From an uncultured Eubacteriales bacterium (GTDB lineage Bacteria; Bacillota; Clostridia; Christensenellales; CAG-138), in NCBI GenBank assembly GCA_900540495.1, contig UQGA01000001.1, forward strand, positions 170,535-234,534: a stretch of 64,000 nt of DNA, in the 5' to 3' direction. Shown one piece after another: positions 37,952 to 47,564 of this stretch (positions are counted from its first letter, which is position 1; every line of letters starts with the position of its first letter). The notes beneath the pieces are model-generated. The model had not been told where the DNA came from, searched no databases, and saw only the letters and a list, made by a program, of their open reading frames with translations. Made by a program: the position numbers and the translations under genes.

Positions 37952-39141
37952 GGTTTGATGACCTTCTGTCCCGATACGAGCGCATCGCCCGCGTTCCGCG
38001 GCGTCACGACGGCGTTGTCCTCATCCGCTGCCAGGACGTTTACCGCAATCCGATAACTCGTATCGCCGCTTTCAACCTCCAGCATCGGCACGCCCTCCTC
38101 GAACCAGATCGCATCCACCGGCACCATGACCCCCTGCGCCGAACGGGTCACGGTCGCCTTTACGGTTCGCACGTCGAGGAAGTTCCCGATGTCCACGTTG
38201 AACTCCAGGATGTTGACCACGCTGGACGTGGTGACGATCGGTTCAAGCGCCGTTGCCTGATAGGTCAGCGTCGAATAATCGTCGAAGACGACGTAGTACT
38301 GCTCCCCGGCCACGGTGCGCATGGGGTCGTCGCCGTCGGTGAGGAACGCCAGATACCACCGCGTGTTCTGCACCAGGCGGTAAAGCGGTGTTTCCGTGGT
38401 TGAAGCGGTGGCGCTGGCCGTGTTGCCGCCGCTCAACACGCTTTTGAGCAGCGATGCGTTGATGGTATCCAGTTGCGCGGCGTTGAGCACGCGTTCATAG
38501 CCGTCGAAGTAGAAGCTGATGACCCCGGGGCCGGCGGAATTGACGATGTCCCGGGTCCAGTTGGTCAGCGCCGTCTCCTGTTCGGTCAGGCTGTTGTAAA
38601 GCGAGGTCAGCGTCCCGTCCGCCTGCACGTTTGCCTGCAGGTAGGTCGCACGCTCGGCCTGCAGGTTTTTGAGCGACTGTTCGAGCGCGAGCATATCGTA
38701 GGCGCCGTCGCCGCGCGCGCACTCCCGGATCTGCGCTTCCACGGCTGCAATGCTATTCTCGATCTCGGTCAGCCCGGCGGCGGCGTCCGCGCCGATCACG
38801 CTCTTCTGATACTCATAGATCTCGCGCTGCAGGCGCAGCAACGTCACCATGCTCTCGTCCTGATAGCCGCGCTTGAATACCTGCGCGATCTGCGCGCCGG
38901 TCTGCACGGTCTGCCCCTCGACGACGGAAAAGATGATCTTTTCATACGCTTCCGTATAGACGGTGGACTCGTCCCGCACGATGGCGCCGGAGGTCTGGAT
39001 GGTGCCCGTCACATCGCCATAGCGCGCCTCGGCATACCCGCCCCTGCGCACGACCAGCACGATGGCCAGTGCCAGGAAGCCGATCATCCCGAGCACCAGC
39101 AGGAAAAACCTGCCGCGAAAGCGCACCCGCTGCCTTGCCAT
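37948..39141 (-). CDS. Single-pass membrane protein with HlyD/membrane-fusion-like architecture (tentative)
   Basis: ATG 39141 lies 1 nt after the upstream stop. One N-terminal TM helix (FFLLVLGMIGFLALAIVLVV) is followed by a barrel-sandwich-like segment, a predicted coiled coil (LALEQSLKNLQAERATYLQ) and a beta-rich C-terminus. No transporter partner is adjacent. Confidence 0.5.
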   Translation of the reverse strand: MARQRVRFRGRFFLLVLGMIGFLALAIVLVVRRGGYAEARYGDVTGTIQTSGAIVRDESTVYTEAYEKIIFSVVEGQTVQTGAQIAQVFKRGYQDESMVTLLRLQREIYEYQKSVIGADAAAGLTEIENSIAAVEAQIRECARGDGAYDMLALEQSLKNLQAERATYLQANVQADGTLTSLYNSLTEQETALTNWTRDIVNSAGPGVISFYFDGYERVLNAAQLDTINASLLKSVLSGGNTASATASTTETPLYRLVQNTRWYLAFLTDGDDPMRTVAGEQYYVVFDDYSTLTYQATALEPIVTTSSVVNILEFNVDIGNFLDVRTVKATVTRSAQGVMVPVDAIWFEEGVPMLEVESGDTSYRIAVNVLAADEDNAVVTPRNAGDALVSGQKVIKP

Positions 39142-39142
39142 A

Positions 39143-39499
39143 TTACTCGACCTCATACCCTTTCTTCTCCGAACGGCCGTATTGCCGGTCGAAGTTCTCG
39201 CGGTTCTTTTCCACATACCGGGCGAACAGCTCGTCCGCGTCCATGCCGCTGCGCAGGCACAGGCTCACGAAGAAATGGAGCACGTCCACAAGCTCCTCCT
39301 TGAGCGCCGGCTCGTCGATGGGGCGGCTGTTCTTCCACCACTTGAAGTTGGATTCGTCCAGCACCTCGGCAAGCTCGGAAAGCGTCGCAAGGATGGTCTT
39401 CTGAATCCATTCCTCCTGGGTAAAGTGCAGGCCGCGCCGGCGCTCGATGTCGTCGTTGAGCGCCTTCTGCATCGCAAAGATCCTCTCCAGCTTGTCCAT
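39143..39499 (-). CDS. All-alpha NTP pyrophosphohydrolase of the dimeric-dUTPase (dUTPase_2)-like family
   Basis: Track ORF trimmed to ATG 39499 (SD GAGGAG). The 118-aa sequence has ATLSELAEVLDESNFKWWK...EELVDVLHFFVSL...KNRENFDRQ, which matches the family pattern as I remember it. Confidence 0.6.
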   Translation of the reverse strand: MDKLERIFAMQKALNDDIERRRGLHFTQEEWIQKTILATLSELAEVLDESNFKWWKNSRPIDEPALKEELVDVLHFFVSLCLRSGMDADELFARYVEKNRENFDRQYGRSEKKGYEVE

Positions 39500-39537
39500 G
39501 TCCCGATCCGCTCCTCTCTTCGCGCGCCGCGCGCCGC

Positions 39538-40797
39538 CTACCGCAGCGCCGCCAGCAGCGCGTCGCGCCGGTCTTCCACGCGGCCGACAAACGAAGCGCA
39601 CATCTGCGACTCGTCGAGCACGCGGGGAATGATCTGCATGATATCCTCTATTGTAACACATTCGATGCGGTTTAGGGTATCCTCCAGGCGATATTCCCTT
39701 CCCTGCAGCAGCGCCACCTTGCCGATCACGTTCATCAGCGCGCCGCTGCCCTCCATGCCGAGCAGATAGCTGCCCCGCAACTGCGCCTTGCACCGCTCGA
39801 ATTCCTCCCGTTCCACCCCGCGCCGCCGCAGCCGGTCAAGCTCCTCGCGCATGAGCGACACGACCTCCACGGCCTGTCCCTCGCCCGTGCCCGCATACAG
39901 CGCAAACGCGCCGGTCGAAGCATAGAACACCGGATAGGAATAGATCGAGTAGGCCAGTCCTCGCTGTTCACGGATGCTCTGGAACAGGCGCGAACTCATG
40001 CTGCCGCCGATGATGTTCGACAGGATGGCGAGCGGGTACTGCCCGTCCGATTCGCGCGCAAAGCCGGGCAACATCAGCGTCAGATGCACCTGCTCGATAT
40101 CTTTTTGCAGGCACTCCGCGCGCGCGCCGCCCGGATAGGCGCAGGTAAGCGGCGGCGCAGCCTCCCCGCCGGCGGGCAAATCCAGCTTGTCCTTGAGTAT
40201 CGCCGTCAGCTCGTCCTCCGAAAACCGGCCTGCGCAGGCGACGACCGTATTGGCGGCCGTGTAATGCGCGCTGCGATAAGCCAGCAGCTTCTCCCGATCG
40301 AACGCCGCCACGCTCTCGCGCGTGCCGAGGATGGGCCGGGCGAGCGGATCGTCCCCGAAGAACAGGGCGTTGGCGCGCTCCGCCGTCAGATCCTCCGGAG
40401 AGTCCTCCGTCATCAGGATCTCCTCGGTGATGACGCGCTTCTCCCGCTCCAGCTCGTCCACATCGAACGAAGCGCGAAATGCGATGTCCGACAGCACGTC
40501 CACCGCAAGGGGCAGGTCCTCGTCGAGCACCTTTGCGTAGAAACAGGTACACTCCTTGGAGGTAAACGCATTGAGGCTGCCGCCCACCGCGTCCATCTCC
40601 ACAGCGATCTGCTCCGCCGTGCGCGTAGGCGTGCCCTTGAACGCCATGTGCTCGATAAAGTGGGAGGCGCCGCCCTCGTCGCCGCCCTCGCGCACCGAGC
40701 CCGTGTTGACCCAGATGCCGACGGAAACGGAGCGAACATGATCCATCCGCTCCATCGCCGCACGAACGCCATTGTCCAGTTTTTGAATCTTCGTCAT
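39538..40797 (-). CDS. M16-family zinc peptidase (MlpA/YmxG-like)
   Basis: Inverted zinc motif HFIEHMAFKGT. 419 aa. It sits after a ylxY-like gene downstream of pnp, as in B. subtilis (pnpA-ylxY-mlpA). Confidence 0.88.
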   Translation of the reverse strand: MTKIQKLDNGVRAAMERMDHVRSVSVGIWVNTGSVREGGDEGGASHFIEHMAFKGTPTRTAEQIAVEMDAVGGSLNAFTSKECTCFYAKVLDEDLPLAVDVLSDIAFRASFDVDELEREKRVITEEILMTEDSPEDLTAERANALFFGDDPLARPILGTRESVAAFDREKLLAYRSAHYTAANTVVACAGRFSEDELTAILKDKLDLPAGGEAAPPLTCAYPGGARAECLQKDIEQVHLTLMLPGFARESDGQYPLAILSNIIGGSMSSRLFQSIREQRGLAYSIYSYPVFYASTGAFALYAGTGEGQAVEVVSLMREELDRLRRRGVEREEFERCKAQLRGSYLLGMEGSGALMNVIGKVALLQGREYRLEDTLNRIECVTIEDIMQIIPRVLDESQMCASFVGRVEDRRDALLAALR

Positions 40798-41507
40798 ACC
40801 TTCTCCTTGCCGTATAAAACCTCGCCGACGGTTGCCACGGCGTACCCCTGCTCGGCCGCCGCATCCAGAATCGCAGGCAGCGCCTCCACCGCCGCGGCGG
40901 TCGGCTGGAACAATACTATGCTTCCATCAAACAGCCGCTCCGATGCACGGGCGGCGATCTCCTCCGCGCTTCCGCGCGCCGAGAGCAGATCGCACGAGCA
41001 GAGCACGTGCGTCAGGTCCAGCTCGTCGGCCACGCGCAGCGACACGGCCCGGTCGCGCAGGCCGGAATAGTAATACGTCGGGCGCACACCGGTCGCCGAC
41101 GAGATGACGGCGGCGGACGCCTCCAGATCGGATCGGATCAGCGTCTCGTCTCCGTCGAGCATCGGCATATACCCCATCGTGCCGATCTCATGCCCGTCCT
41201 CAGCCATGCGATGCAGCACCGACTCGTTGCGCCGCGCCCATTCGCCGCTGACAAAGAAGGTGATGCGCACGTCGCGCTCCCGCAACAGGTCGAGCATGTC
41301 CGACAAGGCCCCGGCATCCCAGCTCACCGCACATTCCAGCGCCACCATCCCGTTGCCGTTGCCCCGGTAAATCGTGCCGGACGACAGCGCGGCTATGGCA
41401 TCGTCCCCGATCCCCGTACCGGTCACCACATACAGCAGCACGATCATCAACAGAATAAAGATGTTGACGGCATTCATCAACCCGTCCACGCAACGCTCCC
41501 TGCTCAT
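40794..41507 (-). CDS. Polysaccharide deacetylase family protein (YlxY-like, probably sporulation-associated)
   Basis: ATG 41507 lies 5 nt after GGAGG. A TM helix is followed by a NodB-type domain (VALECAVSWDAG..., RITFFVSGEWA, DGHEIGTMGY). The stop overlaps the M16 start (ATGA). Confidence 0.82.
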   Translation of the reverse strand: MSRERCVDGLMNAVNIFILLMIVLLYVVTGTGIGDDAIAALSSGTIYRGNGNGMVALECAVSWDAGALSDMLDLLRERDVRITFFVSGEWARRNESVLHRMAEDGHEIGTMGYMPMLDGDETLIRSDLEASAAVISSATGVRPTYYYSGLRDRAVSLRVADELDLTHVLCSCDLLSARGSAEEIAARASERLFDGSIVLFQPTAAAVEALPAILDAAAEQGYAVATVGEVLYGKEKV

Positions 41508-41535
41508 ACGCACCTCCATAGCTTTGGTATGGTTC

Positions 41536-41564
41536 AGCGTATGCGGCCGGGTGGCCGGTTATGC
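41536..41564 (-). promoter_or_regulatory. Sigma-E-like (mother-cell) promoter upstream of the deacetylase gene
   Basis: Minus strand GCATAAC-14 nt-CATACGCT, compared with the B. subtilis sigma-E consensus kmATAww-14-CATACAnT. A ~20-nt leader carries the SD. Confidence 0.4.
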
Positions 41565-41593
41565 AAAGGGGCGCAGCCGGTAAGCTGCGCCCC
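41563..41593 (-). terminator. Rho-independent terminator after pnp
   Basis: Minus strand GGGGCGCAGC-ttaccg-GCTGCGCCCC (10-bp perfect stem), followed by TTTGCAT. Confidence 0.7.
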
Positions 41594-41611
41594 GGTCGCT
41601 CCCGGGAACGG

Positions 41612-43708
41612 TTACTGCTGGTCGGGTGGCAGCAGATCCTTGCGGGTCAGGCTGATTTTGCCCGTCTGCTTGTCGATGTCGATGACGCGCACAAGGAGCT
41701 GGTCGCCCAGCTGCACCACGTCCTCCACCTTCTCCACGCGCTTGTTGGCAAGGCGCGAAATGTGGAGCAGGCCATCCTTGCCCGGCGTGAGGTTGACGAA
41801 CGCGCCGAACTTCTGGATGTTGACCACGGTGCCAAGATAGACGTCGCCCACCTCGATATCCTTGACGATGCCGTCGATGATGCGCTTGGCCTCTGCCGCG
41901 GCCGCCGCATCCGGCGAGGCGATATACACGGTGCCGTCGTCCTCGATGTCGATCTTCACGCCCGTGTCGGCAATGATCTTGTTGATCGTCTTGCCGCCGC
42001 TGCCGATGACATCCCGGATCTTGTCCGGATGGATGGTAAATGTGAGGATACGCGGCGCATACGGCGAGAGCTCGGCGCGCGGCTCGCGGATGGTCTCCAT
42101 CATCTTGTCCAGGATGAAGAGGCGGCCGCGGCGCGCCTGTTCCAGCGCGCGGGTCAGGATCTCGCGGTCGATGCCCTTGATCTTGATATCCATCTGGATG
42201 GCGGTGATGCCTTCGCGCGTACCGGCCACCTTGAAGTCCATATCACCCAGGAAATCCTCAAGGCCCTGGATATCGGTCATGATCGCAATGTTACCGTTCG
42301 CCTCATCCTTGATGAGGCCCATGGCCACGCCCGCAACCGGCTTCTTGATCGGGACGCCCGCATCCATCAACGCCAGCGTGCTCGCGCAGATGGAGGCCTG
42401 CGAAGTGGACCCGTTCGAACTGATGACCTCGGACACGAGCCGCATGCAGTACGGGAACTCCGCCTCGCTCGGCAGCATGGGTTCGAGCGCGCGCTCCGCC
42501 AGCGCACCGTGGCCGATTTCACGGCGGCCCGGACTGCGCATCGGGCGCGTTTCGCCCACGCTGTAGGGGGGCATGTTGTACTGGTGCATGTACCGCTTGC
42601 TGTCCTCAAGCCCGATGCCGTCGAGGATCTGCGCCTCGCGGATGGTGCCGAGCGTCGCAACGGTCATCACCTGCGTCTGGCCGCGGGTAAACACGGCGCT
42701 GCCATGCGTGCGGCCCAAAATGCCGACCTCGCTCCAGATGGGGCGAATCTCATCGAGCGCACGGCCATCCGGGCGGATGTGGCGGTTGATGATCTTGTCG
42801 CGCACGATCTCCTTGGTGATGTTGTACAGAATGGCATCGATATCCTTTGCAGAATCCGGATACGCCTCGGCAAACGCCGCGACGGTCTCCTCCTTGACCT
42901 GCTGGCTGCGGTTCTCGCGCTCATAGCGGTCGAACGTATCGAGCGACCACTCCACCTTGTCAAACGCATAGGCGCGCACTTCCTCGGTCAGCTTCTCGTC
43001 CGGATGGTAGATGTTCACCTCCATCTTGGGCTTGCCGATCTCGGCCTGAATCCCCTCGATGAACGCGACGATCTTCTTGATCTCCTCATGCGCAAACAGA
43101 ATCGCGCCGAGCATCTCGTCCTCGGTGACCTCCTTGGCGCCCGCCTCGACCATCATGACTGCATCGCGCGTGCCGGCGACCGTGAGGCTCAGGCGGCTCT
43201 TTTCGCGCTGCTCGCAGTTCGGGTTCAGGATATACTCGCCATCCACCAGCGCGACGCTGACCGCGCCGGTCGGCCCGGCAAACGGAGCGTTGCTGATGGA
43301 GAGGGCGATGGACGAGCCGTTCATGGCGACCACATCCGGCGCGACGTCCTGCTCCACGGAGAGGACGGTGGCAATGACCTGCACGTCGTTGTAGAACCCC
43401 TTGGGGAACAGCGGGCGCAGCGGCCGGTCGATCAGGCGCGACGTGAGCACCGCCTTCTCGGAGGGACGGCCCTCGCGCTTGATGAAGCCGCCGGGGATCT
43501 TGCCGACCGAATACAGCTTCTCCTCAAATTCCACGCTCAGCGGCAGGAAATCCACCCCGTCGCGCGGCGCTTTGGCGACGGTGGCGCACACGAGCACCGC
43601 GGTATCGCCGCAGCGCACGAGGCAGGACCCGCCCGCCTGCTCGGCATACTTGCCGGTTTCGACGGTCCATTTGCGGCCGCCGATCTCCGTTTCAAACGTT
43701 CTCTGCAT
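41612..43708 (-). CDS. pnp: Polyribonucleotide nucleotidyltransferase (PNPase)
   Basis: 698 aa with two RNase PH domains, a KH domain ([10 protein letters not shown]) and an S1 domain ([19 protein letters not shown]). Confidence 0.97.
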   Translation of the reverse strand: MQRTFETEIGGRKWTVETGKYAEQAGGSCLVRCGDTAVLVCATVAKAPRDGVDFLPLSVEFEEKLYSVGKIPGGFIKREGRPSEKAVLTSRLIDRPLRPLFPKGFYNDVQVIATVLSVEQDVAPDVVAMNGSSIALSISNAPFAGPTGAVSVALVDGEYILNPNCEQREKSRLSLTVAGTRDAVMMVEAGAKEVTEDEMLGAILFAHEEIKKIVAFIEGIQAEIGKPKMEVNIYHPDEKLTEEVRAYAFDKVEWSLDTFDRYERENRSQQVKEETVAAFAEAYPDSAKDIDAILYNITKEIVRDKIINRHIRPDGRALDEIRPIWSEVGILGRTHGSAVFTRGQTQVMTVATLGTIREAQILDGIGLEDSKRYMHQYNMPPYSVGETRPMRSPGRREIGHGALAERALEPMLPSEAEFPYCMRLVSEVISSNGSTSQASICASTLALMDAGVPIKKPVAGVAMGLIKDEANGNIAIMTDIQGLEDFLGDMDFKVAGTREGITAIQMDIKIKGIDREILTRALEQARRGRLFILDKMMETIREPRAELSPYAPRILTFTIHPDKIRDVIGSGGKTINKIIADTGVKIDIEDDGTVYIASPDAAAAAEAKRIIDGIVKDIEVGDVYLGTVVNIQKFGAFVNLTPGKDGLLHISRLANKRVEKVEDVVQLGDQLLVRVIDIDKQTGKISLTRKDLLPPDQQ

Positions 43709-43786
43709 TGTGTTTGTTTGCTCCTTCTCTTTCCTTTATCTTCATGTTCATACAACCATTATCAGGAACCTGACGGCGTTAACGCC

Positions 43787-43817
43787 GAAAAAAAGAAAGG
43801 CGGGTTCCCTCCCCGCC
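43787..43817 (-). terminator. Terminator/attenuator between rpsO and pnp
   Basis: Minus strand GGCGGG-gagggaa-CCCGCC, followed by TTTCTTTTTTT. Confidence 0.65.
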
Positions 43818-43824
43818 CCTCTCT

Positions 43825-44079
43825 TTACTTTCTCAGGTTCAAGCTTGCAAGGATCGCACGGTAGCGCTCGATGTCCTTTTCCTTGAGGTAGTTGAGCAGC
43901 CCCCGGCGCTGGCCGACCATCTTCAGCAGGCCGCGGCGGGAATGGTGATCCTTCTTGTGGAGCTTCAGATGCTCGTTGAGATGGTTGATGCGCTCGGTCA
44001 GCAGCGCGATCTGCACCTCGGGGGAGCCGGTGTCGCCCTCATGCAAGGCATACTTTTCGATGATTTCCTGTTTGGTCAT
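43825..44079 (-). CDS. rpsO: 30S ribosomal protein S15
   Basis: [45 protein letters not shown] is canonical S15. Confidence 0.97.
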   Translation of the reverse strand: MTKQEIIEKYALHEGDTGSPEVQIALLTERINHLNEHLKLHKKDHHSRRGLLKMVGQRRGLLNYLKEKDIERYRAILASLNLRK

Positions 44080-44168
44080 GGTTTTTTCCTCCGTTCCTTT
44101 CCTATCCCCGGCAACAGAGTAATGCGTCGGAGAATCGCAAAACCATGTAGCCGGTTCACAGTCAGATT

Positions 44169-44197
44169 ATTATATCACGCCCGATGCCGCTTGTAAA
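44169..44197 (-). promoter_or_regulatory. Sigma-A promoter of rpsO
   Basis: Minus strand TTTACA-17 nt-TATAAT, about 85 nt upstream of the ATG. Confidence 0.6.
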
Positions 44198-44273
44198 CAG
44201 GAAAATGCGGGCGTCCGCCGCGCAATGCGGCGGTCGCCGGGCGTTGCGCCCCTCGCGGGGAAAGCGGTTCATT

Positions 44274-44795
44274 CTACCCGATGGGGGCCGATCTGTCAAG
44301 TCCCCCGCCGGTTCCCGCCCAGTATGCCGCCGCTTCCTCCCGCGAGCGGAACACCGTGACGCTGCGCCCGGCGCGATACCGCGCCAGCAACGCGTAAATC
44401 CGGGGCAGTTGTTCCTGCGGGAACGCTTCGATCCATTGGCGGAACGACTCGTCAAAGGTCGTTTCCACCCAGGGCAGATCCGGCCGCTCGCTGCCGATGC
44501 GCGCCGCCGCGCCAGCAAGGCAGACCGACGTCGGATAGTCCAGCAGAAACACCGTATCGCACGCCGAAAGGCGCATCTCCAGCGTGCGCAGATAGTTCCC
44601 GTCGATGATCCAGGCCTCCTGCGCAAGCACCTCTTGCAACCGTGCGTCAAACGTCTCGCGGGACACGGTCGTCCTGTCCGGCAGGTGCCAGAGCAGATCC
44701 AGATAAAAAAGCGGCAACCCGGTCGTCGCGCTCAGCCTGCGCGCGAACGTGCTTTTCCCGGCGCCGGGGCATCCGATGACGACGACCTTGCGCAT
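44274..44795 (-). CDS. P-loop NTPase of the adenylate-kinase/topology-modulation (FlaR-like) type
   Basis: MRKVVVIGCPGAGKSTFARRL is a Walker A at the extreme N-terminus. 173 aa. The SD is AAAGGAGAG. Confidence 0.7.
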   Translation of the reverse strand: MRKVVVIGCPGAGKSTFARRLSATTGLPLFYLDLLWHLPDRTTVSRETFDARLQEVLAQEAWIIDGNYLRTLEMRLSACDTVFLLDYPTSVCLAGAAARIGSERPDLPWVETTFDESFRQWIEAFPQEQLPRIYALLARYRAGRSVTVFRSREEAAAYWAGTGGGLDRSAPIG

Positions 44796-44819
44796 GGCCT
44801 CTCTCCTTTCCGATGCTCT

Positions 44820-45713
44820 TCAGCCGTCCAGCAGTTCCCTCGCCCGCGCCACATCGCCCGCGATACGCGCCGCCAGCGCCTGCTCGTTGGGAAAGCGGTG
44901 CTCCCCGCGCAGGCGCTCATAAAAATCCACGGCCAGCGGCGCGCCATACAGGTCGCCGGAAAAATCGATGACATGCGTTTCGACGGTGACGCGGTCGCCA
45001 TGCACCGTGGGGTTCGTACCCACATTCGTAACGGCGGGCATCGCCCGGTCGCCGATGATCGCCCGCGCGGCGTATACGCCGGAAAGCGGCAGCACCGCGT
45101 CCGCATACGGCACGATGTTGGCCGTCGGAAAGCCGAAGCGGCGCCCGTTCTGCCGGTTGGGAACGACCTGCCCGGACAGCCGGTACGGCCGGCCGAGCAG
45201 CGCCCGCGCAGCCGCTACGTCGCCCTCGCGCTCAAGCAGCAGGCGGATGCGCGTGCTGGACACCGGCTCGTCCTGATAGCGCACGGGCGGCAGCACCTGC
45301 ACCGCAAAGCCATGCTCCATGCCAAGCCGGCGCAATGTCTCCGGCGTGCCGCAGGCATGGTCGCCGAACGTATAGTTGTACCCGACAACAAGCCCCGCGA
45401 TCGTCCAGAGGGACGAAAGGCGCTCGATGAACTGCTCCGGCGTGCTGTGCGCAAGCGCCGCGTCAAACCGCTCCATGACGACCTGCTCCATACCGGCATC
45501 GACCAACAGGGCGCGGCGCGCCGATGCGTCCGTGAGCAGGCGCGCCCGCCCGCCGAGCACCGAAAGCGGGTGATTTTCAAACGTATAGGCCACTGCGGTT
45601 GCGCCGAGCCGCCTCGCCAGCGCCACCGTTTCCGCAAGCAGCGCCCGGTGGCCGATGTGTACGCCGTCAAACATGCCGAGCGCGACGACGGCGCGCGTCT
45701 TTTCCTGTGTCAT
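44820..45713 (-). CDS. ribF: Bifunctional riboflavin kinase / FAD synthetase
   Basis: Track ORF trimmed to ATG 45713. Motifs seen: ALGMFDGVHIGHRAL (FMN adenylyltransferase), GFPTANI and PTVHGDRVTVETHVIDFSGDLYG (kinase). Confidence 0.93.
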   Translation of the reverse strand: MTQEKTRAVVALGMFDGVHIGHRALLAETVALARRLGATAVAYTFENHPLSVLGGRARLLTDASARRALLVDAGMEQVVMERFDAALAHSTPEQFIERLSSLWTIAGLVVGYNYTFGDHACGTPETLRRLGMEHGFAVQVLPPVRYQDEPVSSTRIRLLLEREGDVAAARALLGRPYRLSGQVVPNRQNGRRFGFPTANIVPYADAVLPLSGVYAARAIIGDRAMPAVTNVGTNPTVHGDRVTVETHVIDFSGDLYGAPLAVDFYERLRGEHRFPNEQALAARIAGDVARARELLDG

Positions 45714-45723
45714 AAGACCTGCC

Positions 45724-46602
45724 CTACCCCCGATCCTCCTCATACAGATGCACCGCAAGGCGCGCCGAGCGCGCTTCCACGCGCCCTGCGCCCAGAAACA
45801 CGCCGCCGGCATACAGCCGCACGGCCCCGTCCGGCGCATCCACCGCAGTGGGCAGGCCGTTCATCGCGCTTGCACGGCGGTGCGCGCCGAGATCCAGCCG
45901 CGGCAGAAAGGCAAGCGCCTCCTCGCACGGCACGACCGCTTTGGCCAGCGTACCCGCAGCGCGCATGGCCTCCAGCTCCGGCACGGAATAGGACTGCTCC
46001 ACCGAGAACGGGCCGGAGGCAGTGCGCAGCAGAAAGGACATGTGCGCCGGCACGCCAAGCTGCGCGCCGATATCGGCGCACAGTGTGCGCACATAGGTGC
46101 CGCGCGAGCAGCGCACGCGCAGCAAAAAGCGGTTGGGCGCCGTCTGGCAAAGCAGGTCCAGCGCAAAAACGGTCGCCTGACGAACCCGCTCCGGCACGGC
46201 CTCCCCGGCACGCGCAAGGTCGTACATCTTGCGGCCGTTGACCTTGAGGGCGGAAAAGGCCGGGGCCGTTTGCTCGATCCGGCCAAGAAAGCCGGGCAGC
46301 GCATCCGACAGCATGTCCCGGGAAACCACGCGCGAAGAGCGCGAGAGCACGGCGCCCGCCGCGTCCTGCGTATCGGTCGCCGCGCCAAAGGCGATCTCCG
46401 CCACGTACGTCTTCTCCTTGTCCACGAGATAATCGAACAGCCGCGTGGCCCGACCGATGCAGACGGGCAACACCCCGGCGGCGCCGGGGTCGAGCGTGCC
46501 GGTGTGGCCGGCGCGCTTTTCCGAAAAAATGCGTCGCACGTCGTACACCGCGTTGCTCGAGGTCATGCCGGGCGCTTTGAGCAGCACGACGACGCCGTCC
46601 AT
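45724..46602 (-). CDS. truB: tRNA pseudouridine(55) synthase TruB
   Basis: Track ORF trimmed to ATG 46602. MDGVVVLLKAPGMTSSNAV...GHTGTLDPGAAGVLPVCIG contains the catalytic Asp motif. Confidence 0.94.
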   Translation of the reverse strand: MDGVVVLLKAPGMTSSNAVYDVRRIFSEKRAGHTGTLDPGAAGVLPVCIGRATRLFDYLVDKEKTYVAEIAFGAATDTQDAAGAVLSRSSRVVSRDMLSDALPGFLGRIEQTAPAFSALKVNGRKMYDLARAGEAVPERVRQATVFALDLLCQTAPNRFLLRVRCSRGTYVRTLCADIGAQLGVPAHMSFLLRTASGPFSVEQSYSVPELEAMRAAGTLAKAVVPCEEALAFLPRLDLGAHRRASAMNGLPTAVDAPDGAVRLYAGGVFLGAGRVEARSARLAVHLYEEDRG

Positions 46603-47564
46603 CAGCGCGCCTCCTCGGCGGGCAGCGCCTCGCGCGCAGCGGCGAGGACGGCCGCGGCGGCCGCTTCCAGCGGCCCCGGCAGCACGCATCCGGCCGCAAA
46701 CCAATGCCCGCCGCCGCCAAAGCGGCTGGCGATCCGGCTCACGTTCGCAACGCGCTTGCCGCGCAGGCTCACCTGCACGGTCCCGGACTTCTGCTCGCGC
46801 AACAGCGCCGCGATCTCGACCGTATCGATATCCCGCAACAGGTCGATGAGCCCCTCCGCATCCGCCCCGGTCGCGCCGCAGGCGGCAAAATCCTCCAGCG
46901 AAAGCGTGGACACGGCGATGCGCCCGCCCGCATGCAGCGCGCAGCGGGCGACGGTGCGCGCCTCCAGCAGCCGCTTGCGGTACGGCACGGTGCGAAAGAG
47001 CCGCCGGTTCAGCTCCGGCAGATCGATGCCGCGCTCCAGCAACTCCGCCGCGATGCGGAACGTCTGCGGCGAAGCGTTGGAATACGAAAAATTCCCCGTG
47101 TCCGTCGTCAGCGCCACATAAAGCAACGAGGCGGCTTCCACATCGATCTCCACGGGCAGGCGCGACAACAACCGGTAGACGAGCTCGCCGGTCGCGCCGA
47201 CGGGCTCCACCCAGTTCACCTCTGCAAAGGCGTCGTTCGTGCCATGATGGTCGATGTTGAGCGTATGGGCCGCCCCGTCAAACAGCGCGGCGCAGGCCCC
47301 CAGCCGGCGCTTGTCCGCGCAGTCAACGGTGACGACCGCCCCGGTCTGCCGCGCAAGGTCCGGTTTTTGCACTTCGTCCGCATGGGGGCAGAAGCGGTAG
47401 GCCGCCGGCACCTCGTCCGCACAGACGACCTGCGCGCGCTTGCCCATGCGCAAGAGCGCGTGAAAAAGCGCCAGCGAGGACCCCAGCGTGTCCCCGTCTG
47501 GCGAAATGTGTGCAATCAACGTGAAATCATCCTGCGTCTGTAAAAAGCGTACCGCGTTATCCAT
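46602..47564 (-). CDS. nrnA: DHH/DHHA1 phosphoesterase (NrnA-type oligoribonuclease/pAp phosphatase)
   Basis: Track ORF trimmed to ATG 47564. Motifs seen: HISPDGDTLGS, NIDHHGTN and GGGGHWFAAG. Confidence 0.88.
   Translation of the reverse strand: MDNAVRFLQTQDDFTLIAHISPDGDTLGSSLALFHALLRMGKRAQVVCADEVPAAYRFCPHADEVQKPDLARQTGAVVTVDCADKRRLGACAALFDGAAHTLNIDHHGTNDAFAEVNWVEPVGATGELVYRLLSRLPVEIDVEAASLLYVALTTDTGNFSYSNASPQTFRIAAELLERGIDLPELNRRLFRTVPYRKRLLEARTVARCALHAGGRIAVSTLSLEDFAACGATGADAEGLIDLLRDIDTVEIAALLREQKSGTVQVSLRGKRVANVSRIASRFGGGGHWFAAGCVLPGPLEAAAAAVLAAAREALPAEEAR

Noticed and set aside
44820-45760. Looked for an FMN riboswitch upstream of ribF, and for T-box or other riboswitch leaders upstream of the aminotransferase, amidohydrolase and efp genes.
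   Set aside because: These genes have only 10-70 nt of upstream spacer inside operons, too short for such elements, and no conserved riboswitch cores were seen.
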